A stretch of 64,000 bases of DNA from an uncultured Gammaproteobacteria bacterium (GCA_964522405.1 CAZFTR010000006.1:2430-66429); one strand, 5' to 3'. Positions 29,855 to 39,503 are shown, counted from the stretch's first letter. Notes: generated from the letters alone by a model not told the origin. A program made the numbers and translations.

Positions 29855-30638
29855 ATTCACAAAATTTCATGGTACTGGAAATGACATGATAATGATCGAT
29901 AATCTTCTTGGTGCAATTTCTCTTTCTAAGGAGCAAATAAAAAATATATGTGATAGACATTTTGGTGTTGGGGCTGATGGTTTAATTTTGGTTGAAAGTA
30001 GTAAAAAAGGCGCAGATTGTTTTATGAATTACTATAATGGCGATGGTACACCTGTTGAAATGTGTGGAAATGGCGCCAGATGTACAGCTGGTTTTTTTAG
30101 AAAAATTTCAGGTAATTTAAAAGAAGTATTGAAAATTGAGACCAGATCCGGGATAAAAGATATTTTAGTTAATAATGAAAATACTTTTACAGTAAATCTG
30201 GGTAAACCACTTTTTCAAAGTGAGAATTTTCCTTCAAGACCAACCAAGCTTTTTAGTTTTAATTTCCATTTTGCTTCAATGGGAAATCCCCATGCTGTGG
30301 CTTTTGTACCAAAAGTAGACAATATTCCACTTGCCTCAGTAGGTCCAAATGTTGAAACTCATGAATATTTTCCAAAGGGTATAAATGTTGAATTTGTAGA
30401 GGTTGTAGATAAAGATCAGATAAAAATGATAGTTTGGGAAAGAGGATCAGGTGTAACTCTTGCTTGTGGAACCGGAGCCTGCGCAGCATTCGCAGTTAGT
30501 AGAAAAATTCATAATATTGAGTCTACGGCAGAGGTTTTACTTCCTGGAGGGTCTATAAACATTTCGGAAAATGAAAATGGTGAGGTTAGTATGAGAGGAG
30601 AGGTTGAGGAGGTGTATTCTGGATTTATTGAGGTCTAA
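29844..30638 (+). CDS. dapF: Diaminopimelate epimerase
   Basis: Start moved to ATG 29844 (MKLEFTKFHGTGNDMIMID); catalytic Cys motifs MCGNGARC and ACGTGACAA; ORF-track start 29778 overlaps lysA by 77 nt. Confidence 0.85.
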   Translation: MKLEFTKFHGTGNDMIMIDNLLGAISLSKEQIKNICDRHFGVGADGLILVESSKKGADCFMNYYNGDGTPVEMCGNGARCTAGFFRKISGNLKEVLKIETRSGIKDILVNNENTFTVNLGKPLFQSENFPSRPTKLFSFNFHFASMGNPHAVAFVPKVDNIPLASVGPNVETHEYFPKGINVEFVEVVDKDQIKMIVWERGSGVTLACGTGACAAFAVSRKIHNIESTAEVLLPGGSINISENENGEVSMRGEVEEVYSGFIEV

Positions 30639-30659
30639 TCTTGGTTTTTTGCTTAAATA

Positions 30660-30688
30660 TTGACAAAAAAAAGCATTTTTGCTATAAT
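30660..30688 (+). promoter_or_regulatory. Consensus sigma70-type promoter for rpsP (TTGACA-17-TATAAT)
   Basis: Exact consensus hexamers with 17-nt spacer ~85 nt upstream of rpsP start. Confidence 0.5.
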
Positions 30689-30771
30689 ATCGCCAGCTTA
30701 AAAACCGTCAAACCCGGCTTAGTCGGATCGCTCTTAGGTAATTAAGCTGTTTATTTTTATAAAATACAATT

Positions 30772-31392
30772 ATGTTGGTAATTCGCCTTCAAAGAATTGG
30801 AAAGAAGAAGCGACCAAGCTATCGTTTTGTGATTTCAGAAAAAACTCGTGATCCACAAGCCAAAAGCCTTGAAATTTTAGGTCATTATGATCCTATTCAA
30901 GATCCAAAAGTACTTGAGATCAAGAAAGATAGAATCGAGTTTTGGCTATCACAAGGTGCTACACTTTCTGATACTGTCCATAATATCCTTGTTAAAGAGG
31001 GTGTGATTGAAGGACAAAAACGCAGATCAGTAAATATTTCAAAAAAAAGACAGGTCAAGCTAGATGAAAAGAAATCAGCTGAAGAAGAAAAAGCAAAAGA
31101 AGCTAAAGCTGCAGCTGAGCAAGCAAAAGAAGAAGAAAAAGCCAAAGCTGCAGAAGAGGCAGCAAAAGCAAAAGAAGAAGCTGAAAAACCTGCAGAGCCA
31201 GAAGTAAAAGAAGAAACCCCTGCAGAAGAACTAAAAGCTGAAGAAAAAGTAGAAGAAAAAGTAGAAGAAACTCCAGAGCCGACAGTTGAAGAAAAACCTG
31301 CAGAAGAAGAAAAGAAAGAAGAGGCTCTTGTAGAGGAGTCTAAGGCTGAGGAAGTAAAAGAAGAGCCAAAAGTAGAAGAATCAAAAGAGTAA
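30772..31392 (+). CDS. rpsP: 30S ribosomal protein S16 with long E/K/A-rich low-complexity C-terminal extension
   Basis: N-terminus MLVIRLQRIGKKKRPSYRFVISEKTRDP...GHYDP matches bS16; ~120-aa repetitive tail. Confidence 0.85.
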   Translation: MLVIRLQRIGKKKRPSYRFVISEKTRDPQAKSLEILGHYDPIQDPKVLEIKKDRIEFWLSQGATLSDTVHNILVKEGVIEGQKRRSVNISKKRQVKLDEKKSAEEEKAKEAKAAAEQAKEEEKAKAAEEAAKAKEEAEKPAEPEVKEETPAEELKAEEKVEEKVEETPEPTVEEKPAEEEKKEEALVEESKAEEVKEEPKVEESKE

Positions 31393-31407
31393 TCTAGAAA
31401 CAAAGTA

Positions 31408-31433
31408 AAAACCCCGACTGATTCGGGGTTTTT
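31408..31433 (+). terminator. Intrinsic terminator after rpsP
   Basis: ccccgactgattcgggg hairpin + TTTTT. Confidence 0.55.
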
Positions 31434-31443
31434 AAATTGGTAA

Positions 31444-31659
31444 TTATTTTTTTGCTTTCAAGCCGGATATTGATAAAGCAAAAATAAAAAGGTACATGAC
31501 AAAACCATACACACATACCGGTAGTCCAATCATGTATGAGCATCCGCCATCTATTGGGCAAGTTTGTCTGAACAGTTCTCCATAGGATAAATATCCTGAA
31601 AAGAGAAGTCCTGCAATTGAAATTGCCAGGATAGTTTTAAGAGCTGTTTGTTTTTTCAT
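31444..31659 (-). CDS. Small 2-TM membrane protein with four cysteines (CPIDGGC...PVC)
   Basis: 71 aa ORF, hydrophobic segments; function unknown. Confidence 0.35.
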   Translation of the reverse strand: MKKQTALKTILAISIAGLLFSGYLSYGELFRQTCPIDGGCSYMIGLPVCVYGFVMYLFIFALSISGLKAKK

Positions 31660-31718
31660 ATATTATAGTTGTTTGAATTACGCATCTATTATAACTCTTT
31701 TTGAGAATTTTTTGTATA

Positions 31719-31747
31719 TTGACAATAGTCAAAATATCTGTTATAGT
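31719..31747 (+). promoter_or_regulatory. Consensus sigma70-type promoter for khpA (TTGACA-17-TATAGT)
   Basis: Seen directly ~80 nt upstream of start. Confidence 0.45.
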
Positions 31748-31826
31748 ATAGCCCTATGAAGTTGTCCCGGTTTTTCGGGATGTCGACAGCTTTATGTGTA
31801 ATTAATAATTTATATAGACAGAAGAT

Positions 31827-32171
31827 ATGGAAGAACATCAAGACCAACAGTTTCTGGAGTTCATTGCCAAAGCAATTGTGAACCACCCAGAGGACGTTAA
31901 GTCAACAAGAACTGTTGATGAACGTGGTGTGTTGCTTACTTTGGATGTAAACCAAAGTGACATCGGTTATGTTATCGGAAGACGTGGTCAAACTGTGCGT
32001 GCTTTACGTACATTACTACGTGTGGTTGGTGCTAAAAACAGTGCCAGTGTTAATCTTAAGATTAATGAACCAGAAGGTAGTGAACACCGTCGTCGTGATA
32101 CACGCGAAGAATCAAGTGAAACTTCAACTGAAGATATTGATACAAGCGCTATCGACAATCTAGAGATTTAA
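31827..32171 (+). CDS. khpA: KH-domain RNA-binding protein KhpA (YlqC/UPF0109) with acidic C-terminal tail
   Basis: 114 aa; FLEFIAKAIV...VIGRRGQTVRALRTLLRVVGAK GxxG KH motif; usual position between rpsP and rimM. Confidence 0.7.
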   Translation: MEEHQDQQFLEFIAKAIVNHPEDVKSTRTVDERGVLLTLDVNQSDIGYVIGRRGQTVRALRTLLRVVGAKNSASVNLKINEPEGSEHRRRDTREESSETSTEDIDTSAIDNLEI

Positions 32172-32195
32172 TTAGATTTTATCTCAATCAATCCA

Positions 32196-32232
32196 GCTCC
32201 TCGACAGGGCTGGATTTTATTTATAGATCTTG
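32196..32232 (+). terminator. Intrinsic terminator after khpA
   Basis: atccagc...gctggat hairpin followed by TTTATTTAT. Confidence 0.5.
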
Positions 32233-32340
32233 ATAGGTCTTTTTTTGTTAGAACTATCACTAAAATGAGCAGTAGTGCCTTTTAAGAATTATTTAATGGA
32301 TATTATGTTACCATCTAAATACGTTTTGTTGGTTGTTCCC

Positions 32341-32402
32341 GGTCACGAAATGGGTTGACTGTCTAGCCCCTCGGTCAATCGGAGGATTCGTGGCCCGGAA
32401 TA
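32341..32402 (+). promoter_or_regulatory. Candidate structured 5' leader element (nested helices) upstream of beta-helix protein gene
   Basis: Outer pairing ccggtcacgaa/ttcgtggcccgg enclosing inner hairpin ttgac-14nt-gtcaa; locally GC-enriched; family not recognised. Confidence 0.25.
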
Positions 32403-32422
32403 ATTAATTAAATAAGTTTTTT

Positions 32423-33901
32423 ATGTATAAGGAGAAAATTTTTATTTGGGGTGCAAGTTTAAGTTTGGTATTAGTCAGTTTTTTTGTAGTCAGTCCGGTT
32501 CAGGCAAAAGTTTTTTATGTCAATAGTTCTGGAGATAAATCTGATCAGAGCGATTTGGATCAGAAGTGTAGTACTGGGGATATGATAGTTGTTAGTGGTG
32601 TGGAGCAAGAGGAGTGCAGTTTGCGCGCTGCCATAGAAGAGTCAAATGTAAATGGTGAGAGTGATATTATTTATTTTTTGCATCAAATAAAAAATATATT
32701 GGTAAATGAAAGATTAAAGATAGAGCCTGATAATTTCCCAGGTCAAAATAGTACCATAATTCGTGGAAATATTGCCATTGATGCTAAATATCAGGATAAA
32801 GTATTTCAAATTGCAGAGGGCGCCAATGTGGTTATGAGTCATATTGGTATAACCGGCGGTATGGTGAAAACAGGATCAAATCTAGAAGGGGCTGGAATTA
32901 CCAATCATGGTAATTTAGATTTATTTGATGTTAGTATTTTTGGAAATATTGTAAAGCATGATGATCAGATTGATGGTTCATATATTCGTGGAGCAGGAAT
33001 ATTTAATTCAAGTAAGGGAAAATTAAGTATTTTTCGTTCAAATATTGGTCCTAGAAATATTTTAAAAGGGTCGGGATTTGATGCAGAAGCGCATGGAGCT
33101 GGAATTTTTAATGCAGGAGAATTAGAAATTAAAAAGACTAATATATTTAATAATTATGTTTTTGCTAAATCTACCGGAGAAGTGGGATTTGCAAAAAGTA
33201 GGGGAGGAGGGATTTACAATGTCACATTTGAACGAGTGGATATTGATAATTCAGCAATTTATAATAATAGAGTTTATGCAACCATCTCTGAAATAGGTTT
33301 GAATGCCAGAGCACAGGGTGCGGGAATTTATGGAAAAGCTTGGACAGAAATGCACATTACCAACACTACTATAAGTGGTAATCAGACATTTGTAAAAGCC
33401 GGAGGACCGAATAGTTTTGGATTTGCTCATGGTGGTGCTGTGTATCTTGCAGCTCATACAAAAACATATTTTGCCAACTCGACTATTGCCAACAATAAAT
33501 TAAATATGTCTAGTTACAATTCTGGAAATGTTTCAGGGGTGGGCTCTGCAGTATTTGCAGTTTATACCGGACTTTCTGATGTCAGATTGAAAAATACAAT
33601 TTTAGATAATCCAGGAGAAAATTGCAATTACAAATTGGCCACAGATGGATATAATATCTCGTCAGATTATACTTGTAAGCTGAGTGGTCTTGGAGATAAA
33701 CAAGGCTTGAGTTCAAAACTTGCAGATTTAAAAAATAATGGGGGATTTACCAAGACTCAAGCTTTGAAACAAGACAGTCCTGCAATAAATGCAGGGAATC
33801 CAAATGGCTGCTATGATTTTGAGGGAAGTCAGATAAAAAGAGATCAGAGAGGAAAAATCCGACCTTTAAATTCTTGTGATGTGGGTGCTTATGAAAAATA
33901 A
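32423..33901 (+). CDS. Secreted right-handed beta-helix repeat protein (Pmp-like GAGI repeats)
   Basis: 492 aa; signal peptide; repeated GAGIFN/GAGIYG/GGGIYN motifs typical of parallel beta-helix adhesin-like proteins. Confidence 0.5.
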   Translation: MYKEKIFIWGASLSLVLVSFFVVSPVQAKVFYVNSSGDKSDQSDLDQKCSTGDMIVVSGVEQEECSLRAAIEESNVNGESDIIYFLHQIKNILVNERLKIEPDNFPGQNSTIIRGNIAIDAKYQDKVFQIAEGANVVMSHIGITGGMVKTGSNLEGAGITNHGNLDLFDVSIFGNIVKHDDQIDGSYIRGAGIFNSSKGKLSIFRSNIGPRNILKGSGFDAEAHGAGIFNAGELEIKKTNIFNNYVFAKSTGEVGFAKSRGGGIYNVTFERVDIDNSAIYNNRVYATISEIGLNARAQGAGIYGKAWTEMHITNTTISGNQTFVKAGGPNSFGFAHGGAVYLAAHTKTYFANSTIANNKLNMSSYNSGNVSGVGSAVFAVYTGLSDVRLKNTILDNPGENCNYKLATDGYNISSDYTCKLSGLGDKQGLSSKLADLKNNGGFTKTQALKQDSPAINAGNPNGCYDFEGSQIKRDQRGKIRPLNSCDVGAYEK

Positions 33902-34774
33902 TTATTTAAGGAGGTAGATGGCAATAAGAGCTAGTATAAAAGGTAAAATCATTTTCTTGGTAAATTTTTCTTTGAATACAAAAATTCCAATCGATGAAAT
34001 TACTACCAGAGTTCCAATTGAAACCAGAGAAAAAACTTGGGTTGCGGTTGAGAGTGAAAGTGCTGTATAGAGTGCTGCCAAAGAGGTTGAGATCAAAATA
34101 CCAATTCCCAGCGAACCAATAGAATTTTTCCAACCAATAGTCAGATTCTTTTTTGAAAAAAGTGCCAGTAGGGTGATAGTAATAAAGGATCCGATGTATT
34201 GAAGTTGTAAAACCTGTAATGGTTCGTTGTGGTCAACTGCGAATTTTACAATGAATTTGGCAAATCCTTGAACAACTATTGCTATTGTTATCCATTTGAT
34301 CCATTTAAGGTAGTTAAAGCTTTTTTCACTGCCCCGGTGTGTATTTTTTTGGTAAAACAAAAGTGTTGCTGTGATTGCCAGAATTAGTCCAATGATCTTT
34401 TTGATGCCACCTGGAGTGGAGGTAGAAAGAATCTGATGTTCTCCGAGAAAGAGAATTGCCAAGAATATGGGAATCAAATCTGACATTTTTTTGGTTACTG
34501 TGGTTTTGGAGAGTGATTGTTTTTTGGAGTGATAGGTTGCTGAAATGCCAAAGGCGTACATAAAACCAATTCCCAGAAACCAAAATGTTGCATCACCAAA
34601 TTTTGCGTCAGGTTTGAGAACAGCAAGATAAATTGAGATGGTGGCTATTGAAGCAATGTATTGATAAAACAATATTTGATAGGGGTGAATTTTGTGAACA
34701 AAAATTTTACCAAAATATTGCCCTATGCTCATTGCTGCAACATGACCAAGAATTAATAAATGCCAGATTTGCAT
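33902..34774 (-). CDS. Polytopic membrane protein (EamA/DMT-like transporter, ~10 TM)
   Basis: 290 aa hydrophobic with two-fold repeat organisation. Confidence 0.4.
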   Translation of the reverse strand: MQIWHLLILGHVAAMSIGQYFGKIFVHKIHPYQILFYQYIASIATISIYLAVLKPDAKFGDATFWFLGIGFMYAFGISATYHSKKQSLSKTTVTKKMSDLIPIFLAILFLGEHQILSTSTPGGIKKIIGLILAITATLLFYQKNTHRGSEKSFNYLKWIKWITIAIVVQGFAKFIVKFAVDHNEPLQVLQLQYIGSFITITLLALFSKKNLTIGWKNSIGSLGIGILISTSLAALYTALSLSTATQVFSLVSIGTLVVISSIGIFVFKEKFTKKMILPFILALIAIYLLK

Positions 34775-34775
34775 A

Positions 34776-35555
34776 CTAGATTTTATTAAGTTTTCTAACT
34801 ATTTTTGCTGAGATTCTTCTACTCACAAATCTGTTTAAAAAAATCAAAACCTTGTTTTTTAAACCGGGAATAAAAATAGTTTTTTTATTGATAATCTGCC
34901 TATATCCCGCGAGAGCCACTTTTTCCGGAGTCATGATTTTTCCTTCAAAAAACCTAGCTCCTTTTATGTTGGCAGTTTTTTCAAATTCTGTTCTGGTAGC
35001 ACCTGGTGCAAGTGTTCCAATATAAACTCCGGTTCCATTTAATTCATTAGCAAGCGCTTCTGAAAAACTTAAGACATAGGCCTTGGTGGCAAAATATACT
35101 GCCATTATCGGTCCCGGTTGAAAAGCAGCAGTTGAAGCAATATTGAGAATACTTCCGGATTTTCTTTCAATCATATCTTTGACAAAAAGATGGGTTAGAG
35201 ATGTTAGAGCTGAAATATTTAAGTTAATCATCTTGGTTTGCTGATCTAAATTCAGTTCATGAAAAAAACCATAAGCACCGATCCCGGCATTGTTTATCAA
35301 AATATCTACCTCGATTCCTTTTTCTTTCAGTTCATTATAAATTTTTTGAGGAGAATCTGTATTTACCAAATCAGCTTGAATAGTATAAATTTTTACCTGA
35401 TTTTTTTCAGATAATTCTTTAGAGATATTATCCAATTTTTCTTTTGTTCGTGCAACTAAAACAAGATCATAGTTTCTGGATGCAAAAAGTTTTGCAAATT
35501 CCAGACCTATGCCACTTGTCGCTCCTGTGATCAGTACTGTGTGTTTTTTGTCCAT
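34776..35555 (-). CDS. Short-chain dehydrogenase/reductase (SDR) family oxidoreductase
   Basis: 259 aa; TGATSGIG NAD(P)-binding motif, NNAG, catalytic YxxxK region. Confidence 0.8.
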   Translation of the reverse strand: MDKKHTVLITGATSGIGLEFAKLFASRNYDLVLVARTKEKLDNISKELSEKNQVKIYTIQADLVNTDSPQKIYNELKEKGIEVDILINNAGIGAYGFFHELNLDQQTKMINLNISALTSLTHLFVKDMIERKSGSILNIASTAAFQPGPIMAVYFATKAYVLSFSEALANELNGTGVYIGTLAPGATRTEFEKTANIKGARFFEGKIMTPEKVALAGYRQIINKKTIFIPGLKNKVLIFLNRFVSRRISAKIVRKLNKI

Positions 35556-35560
35556 AATAA

Positions 35561-36049
35561 TTATCCAAAAAGCATATCCATAATAGCCAGAATCAATATG
35601 GCCCCGCCAATTCCAATCACTAATTTTTCAAGTGTTGTAAAAGTTAATTCAAGTTTCTCAGACGGATCTTTTTTGTTAATTTCATTGATGATATTTTGCG
35701 CTTCCATAATTGGCCAAAAACTGGCAAAACCAAGAAGTAGGTATGGTTCCGGTAGAAAACCGAGCAGAGAAATGACAATATAAAATACGGCCAGCTGAAT
35801 TGAAGAAAAGACAATTTTTTTCTTTTTGTATAAATTTGTAATTCGGTCGAAAAGCGGGAAACAATAAATAACAGAAAAAAGCGCTCTAAAAATTGGCATG
35901 ATTTTTGATTTTTCATGTTGTTTAACAATCATCCAATTCATCCAAAACCAGTACAGTTCATAAATTCCAAAAGTGCAAATTGAAAGCAGGGCAATTTTTA
36001 AAGGATGAATTGTTGGAAATTTTAATTGTTTTGTTTCTTTTTCTTCCAT
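35561..36049 (-). CDS. Hypothetical membrane protein
   Basis: 162 aa, several TM segments. Confidence 0.4.
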   Translation of the reverse strand: MEEKETKQLKFPTIHPLKIALLSICTFGIYELYWFWMNWMIVKQHEKSKIMPIFRALFSVIYCFPLFDRITNLYKKKKIVFSSIQLAVFYIVISLLGFLPEPYLLLGFASFWPIMEAQNIINEINKKDPSEKLELTFTTLEKLVIGIGGAILILAIMDMLFG

Positions 36050-36112
36050 ATTTTAGTAATTAAAGATCTTTCTTATTTGTTGGTAAGTATTGTTGCAAAT
36101 ATGTCAGAAGGA

Positions 36113-36760
36113 TTAAATCTTTCCGGTGAATACCACTTCTCCGTCTTTTTCTATTAACCATTTTGATAAGAATATCTTTTCAAAATTGCCTTTTTCAAAT
36201 TCTATTGGTTTAATAATTCTCAAAATATCTCCCGGACTTACTTTTATTCCAGTATCAAAATCTGCATTTTTAAAACTGTCATATACTAGATGAGTACAGT
36301 AAAATTTATCCGGGCCATTTTCAAAAAGAAAATCAAATGGTTTGCCGATTTGGCTTTTTGCGTATTTGACTGCTGAAGATGTAATTTTCTTTCTTCCCTC
36401 CTCATTAATTTTTGGTCGTAGAAGAATCAGGCTATCATATTCTTTAAAAATTTTTTTGAGTGAAATATATTCAACCCCATCAGCTGCTGCATGAACACCT
36501 CTTCTGTGGCCAACATACAATATTGAGTGAGTAACCGGCTCAAATGTTGTTAGTCTGACTGCTCTTCTCAAAGATCCTACTAATAGAATATCTCCAGCTC
36601 GGATAATTTTTTTGATCTGGTGGTATTCTTTTTTGGTTAGCATTTTTTCACGAAAACTTATTTTTGTAACAGAAAACATGAACATTAGATTTGCAGCTAT
36701 TTTTTCCCAAATACTGGCGTCTTTGGTGAAGTTTTTTATTATGTGATGTTTATATTTCAT
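36113..36760 (-). CDS. YiiX/DUF830-like permuted papain-fold protein
   Basis: 215 aa; GDILLVGS..., SHSILYVG, GKPFDF...FYCTHLVYDSF pattern consistent with the permuted NlpC/P60-like family. Confidence 0.4.
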   Translation of the reverse strand: MKYKHHIIKNFTKDASIWEKIAANLMFMFSVTKISFREKMLTKKEYHQIKKIIRAGDILLVGSLRRAVRLTTFEPVTHSILYVGHRRGVHAAADGVEYISLKKIFKEYDSLILLRPKINEEGRKKITSSAVKYAKSQIGKPFDFLFENGPDKFYCTHLVYDSFKNADFDTGIKVSPGDILRIIKPIEFEKGNFEKIFLSKWLIEKDGEVVFTGKI

Positions 36761-37629
36761 GTCATGGTTCTTAATCTTTTTATTCTCTCATGTGCTGGTG
36801 GATGAGTAGAGAACATATTTACAAAGGTTTTTTTCTTGATGGGATTTGATATAAATAAGTGTGCAGTTGCAGTGCTGGCAGTTTCAAGACCTATTTTTGA
36901 ATTGGATATTTTTTCTAATGCGCTGGCCAGCCCTTCCGGATATCTGGTAAGTAGTGAACCGGAAGCGTCAGCAAGAAATTCTCTTTTTCTAGATATTGCT
37001 AGTTTTATTAGTTCTGAAATAATAGGAGATAGTATTAGAAGTGCTAGGCCGACCAGTGCTATAATCCCACTAGTATTTCCTTTTCTGCTTCTTCCTCCGT
37101 ATATTCGCATACGAAAAGTATAATCAGCAAGTAGGGCAATTGTTCCAACTAGAACCACGACAATAGTCATTAGTCGGATATCAAAGTTTCTGATATGTGA
37201 AAGTTCATGTGCTATTACTCCTTCAAGCTCTTGTTTTTCAAGCGAGTTTAACAATCCTTGGGTCACTGCAATTGAAGCATGCTCTGGATCTCGTCCGGTT
37301 GCAAATGCATTCAGGGCATTTGAATTGATAATATGAATTTTTGGCATGGGAATTCCAGCAGTAATTGAGAGGTTTTCTACTAAGCGCCAAAGTTTGGGAT
37401 GGTCTTTTTTCTCTATTTGTTTTGCTTTGGTTGATTTGAGTGCTATTTTGTCTCCTTTGTAATATCCAGTGAGTGACATTGTAATTGCGATTATCATAGC
37501 AAAGACCACTGCGCCGTATCCATAACCCATAAATTCATTGAAAGCCCAGCCAATTGCAATTACAAAAACCACAAAAATCAAAATTAGAAGATTGGTTTTT
37601 CTTTTATTAGAGTCTATTTCTGAGTACAT
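36757..37629 (-). CDS. htpX: Zinc metalloprotease HtpX homologue (M48)
   Basis: 290 aa; HELSHI zinc motif, 4 TM topology, typical HtpX length. Confidence 0.8.
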   Translation of the reverse strand: MYSEIDSNKRKTNLLILIFVVFVIAIGWAFNEFMGYGYGAVVFAMIIAITMSLTGYYKGDKIALKSTKAKQIEKKDHPKLWRLVENLSITAGIPMPKIHIINSNALNAFATGRDPEHASIAVTQGLLNSLEKQELEGVIAHELSHIRNFDIRLMTIVVVLVGTIALLADYTFRMRIYGGRSRKGNTSGIIALVGLALLILSPIISELIKLAISRKREFLADASGSLLTRYPEGLASALEKISNSKIGLETASTATAHLFISNPIKKKTFVNMFSTHPPAHERIKRLRTMT

Positions 37630-37679
37630 ATCTAGTTAGTAGCTGACAGTTTGTAGTTTACAGTTAACAATTTGCAGAT

Positions 37680-38243
37680 TTATAATTTTACCTCTACATT
37701 TTCTCTTTCTTTTTCATCTTCTACTTCAAAAAATTCAAATTTAGTGAATTTGAGCATTCCAGCAATCATATTATTGGGAAAAGTTTCAATCTTGGTATTA
37801 AAATCCCGAACCATTCCGTTGTAAAATCTGCGAGAGGCTTGGATTTTGTTCTCTGTATCAGACAGCTCATCCATTAGTTGGGCAACATTTTGGTTTGCTT
37901 TTAGGTCTGGGTACGCTTCAACAGCAATTTGTAGTTGTCCCAACATATTTCCCAACATTCCTTCTGTTTTTGCTAGTTCTTTGGTTTTCCCACCTTTTTG
38001 TTCTTCTACAGCCTTTGATCGGTATTTAGTTATTTTTTCCAGTAACTCTCTTTCATGCTTCATAAAGCCTTTTACGCTGGAGACCAGATTGGGGATCAGG
38101 TCATGACGTCTTTTTAGTTGCACATCAATATCACTCCAACCTTCCTTGGCACGATTTTTTAGCCTAATTAGGCTGTTGAAAACTCCAATTATCCATAGTG
38201 CTAGTAGCACTACAATCCCTATTATAAAATAGCTTAATTTCAT
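37680..38243 (-). CDS. lemA: LemA family protein
   Basis: 187 aa; N-terminal TM followed by LemA domain; conserved LemA-HtpX gene pair. Confidence 0.75.
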   Translation of the reverse strand: MKLSYFIIGIVVLLALWIIGVFNSLIRLKNRAKEGWSDIDVQLKRRHDLIPNLVSSVKGFMKHERELLEKITKYRSKAVEEQKGGKTKELAKTEGMLGNMLGQLQIAVEAYPDLKANQNVAQLMDELSDTENKIQASRRFYNGMVRDFNTKIETFPNNMIAGMLKFTKFEFFEVEDEKERENVEVKL

Positions 38244-38327
38244 ATTAATTATTAACTTGAATAAACTGTATTATTATGACATAATACTTCCATTATTTTA
38301 CCTTTTTTAGTACATTTCAGTCAATCT

Positions 38328-39503
38328 ATGATTACAGCAATAATTTTTATCGTAATTTTAAGTATTTTAGTATTGGCCCATGAGTGGGGTCATTTTATTA
38401 CTGCCCGAAAATCCGGCATGAAGGTTTATGAGTTTGGAATTGGTTTTCCACCCCGCGCTTTTGGCTTTTACAAGGATCCAAAAACCGGAAAATTTGTTTT
38501 TGTTGGTGGAAAGGGTAAAAGTAAGCTCAGTGAAACAGTTGGTGGAGAAGAAAAAGAAGTTACTGATGAATTCCCATCCACTCTTTATTCTATAAATTGG
38601 CTTCCTTTGGGTGGTTTTGTAAAGATTAAGGGAGAAAATGGAGAAAATGCTCAAGATCCGGATAGTTTTGGATATCATCCTGCTTGGAAAAAATTAGTTG
38701 TTTTGGTAGCAGGTGTATTTATGAATTTTGTCTTGGCAGCAGTTTTACTTGGATTTGGGTTTATGATTGGGTTGCCAGCCGATGCTCAGATGCTTTCAGA
38801 TAAGCATGCAGTAGTGGTAGAAGAGCCGTCAGTCATAATTCAGCAAGTTGATCCAGAAACTCCGGCAGAAGAGGCAGGTTTACAGTTTGGGGATAAAATT
38901 TTGCAAATAAATGGTACAGAAGTGGTGGATGCTGCTCAGCTAGTTGAGGCAGTCGGAGAAAATGGCGAAAAAACCATTGAAATTGAAATTCTTAGGGGAG
39001 ATGAAAGTCTAAATTTGGCTATTACACCAAAAAAATTAAAAGAAGATGGGCCAGCAAAGATCGGAGTTATGCTTGCAGATGCCGGAATTGTGCGATATCC
39101 TTGGTATATAGCCATATTCAAGGGGTTTAGTGCTGCTTGGTTTGCTACAATCAATATAATTATTGCTTTTTACGCACTTATTAAGGGGTTGATATTAGGG
39201 CAAGGAGTGCCATTTAGTGTGGCCGGTCCTGTGGGAATAGCTGTGGTGGTTGGTAAGAGTGCCAGACTTGGGTTGAATTACTTGATAAATGTGACAGCAA
39301 TGATTTCTCTTAGTTTGGCAGTTATAAATATTTTGCCTATTCCAGCACTTGATGGTGGTCGAGCATTGTTTGTGATTATTGAAAAGATTACTGGTAGGCC
39401 GGTTCCGCTTAAGTATGAGCAGGTGGCACATACAATTGGATTTTTATTACTTATGGCTTTGATTATATTTATTACTGTCAAAGATGTGATTGGGTTATTT
39501 TAA
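38328..39503 (+). CDS. rseP: RIP metalloprotease RseP (site-2 protease, M50, with PDZ domain)
   Basis: 391 aa; HEWGHF HExxH motif in TM1, PDZ region, C-terminal LDGG motif. Confidence 0.8.
   Translation: MITAIIFIVILSILVLAHEWGHFITARKSGMKVYEFGIGFPPRAFGFYKDPKTGKFVFVGGKGKSKLSETVGGEEKEVTDEFPSTLYSINWLPLGGFVKIKGENGENAQDPDSFGYHPAWKKLVVLVAGVFMNFVLAAVLLGFGFMIGLPADAQMLSDKHAVVVEEPSVIIQQVDPETPAEEAGLQFGDKILQINGTEVVDAAQLVEAVGENGEKTIEIEILRGDESLNLAITPKKLKEDGPAKIGVMLADAGIVRYPWYIAIFKGFSAAWFATINIIIAFYALIKGLILGQGVPFSVAGPVGIAVVVGKSARLGLNYLINVTAMISLSLAVINILPIPALDGGRALFVIIEKITGRPVPLKYEQVAHTIGFLLLMALIIFITVKDVIGLF

Noticed and set aside
30897-31403. 168-aa minus-strand Ser-rich ORF
   Set aside because: It is the antisense translation of the repetitive GAA/GCT-rich tail of rpsP.
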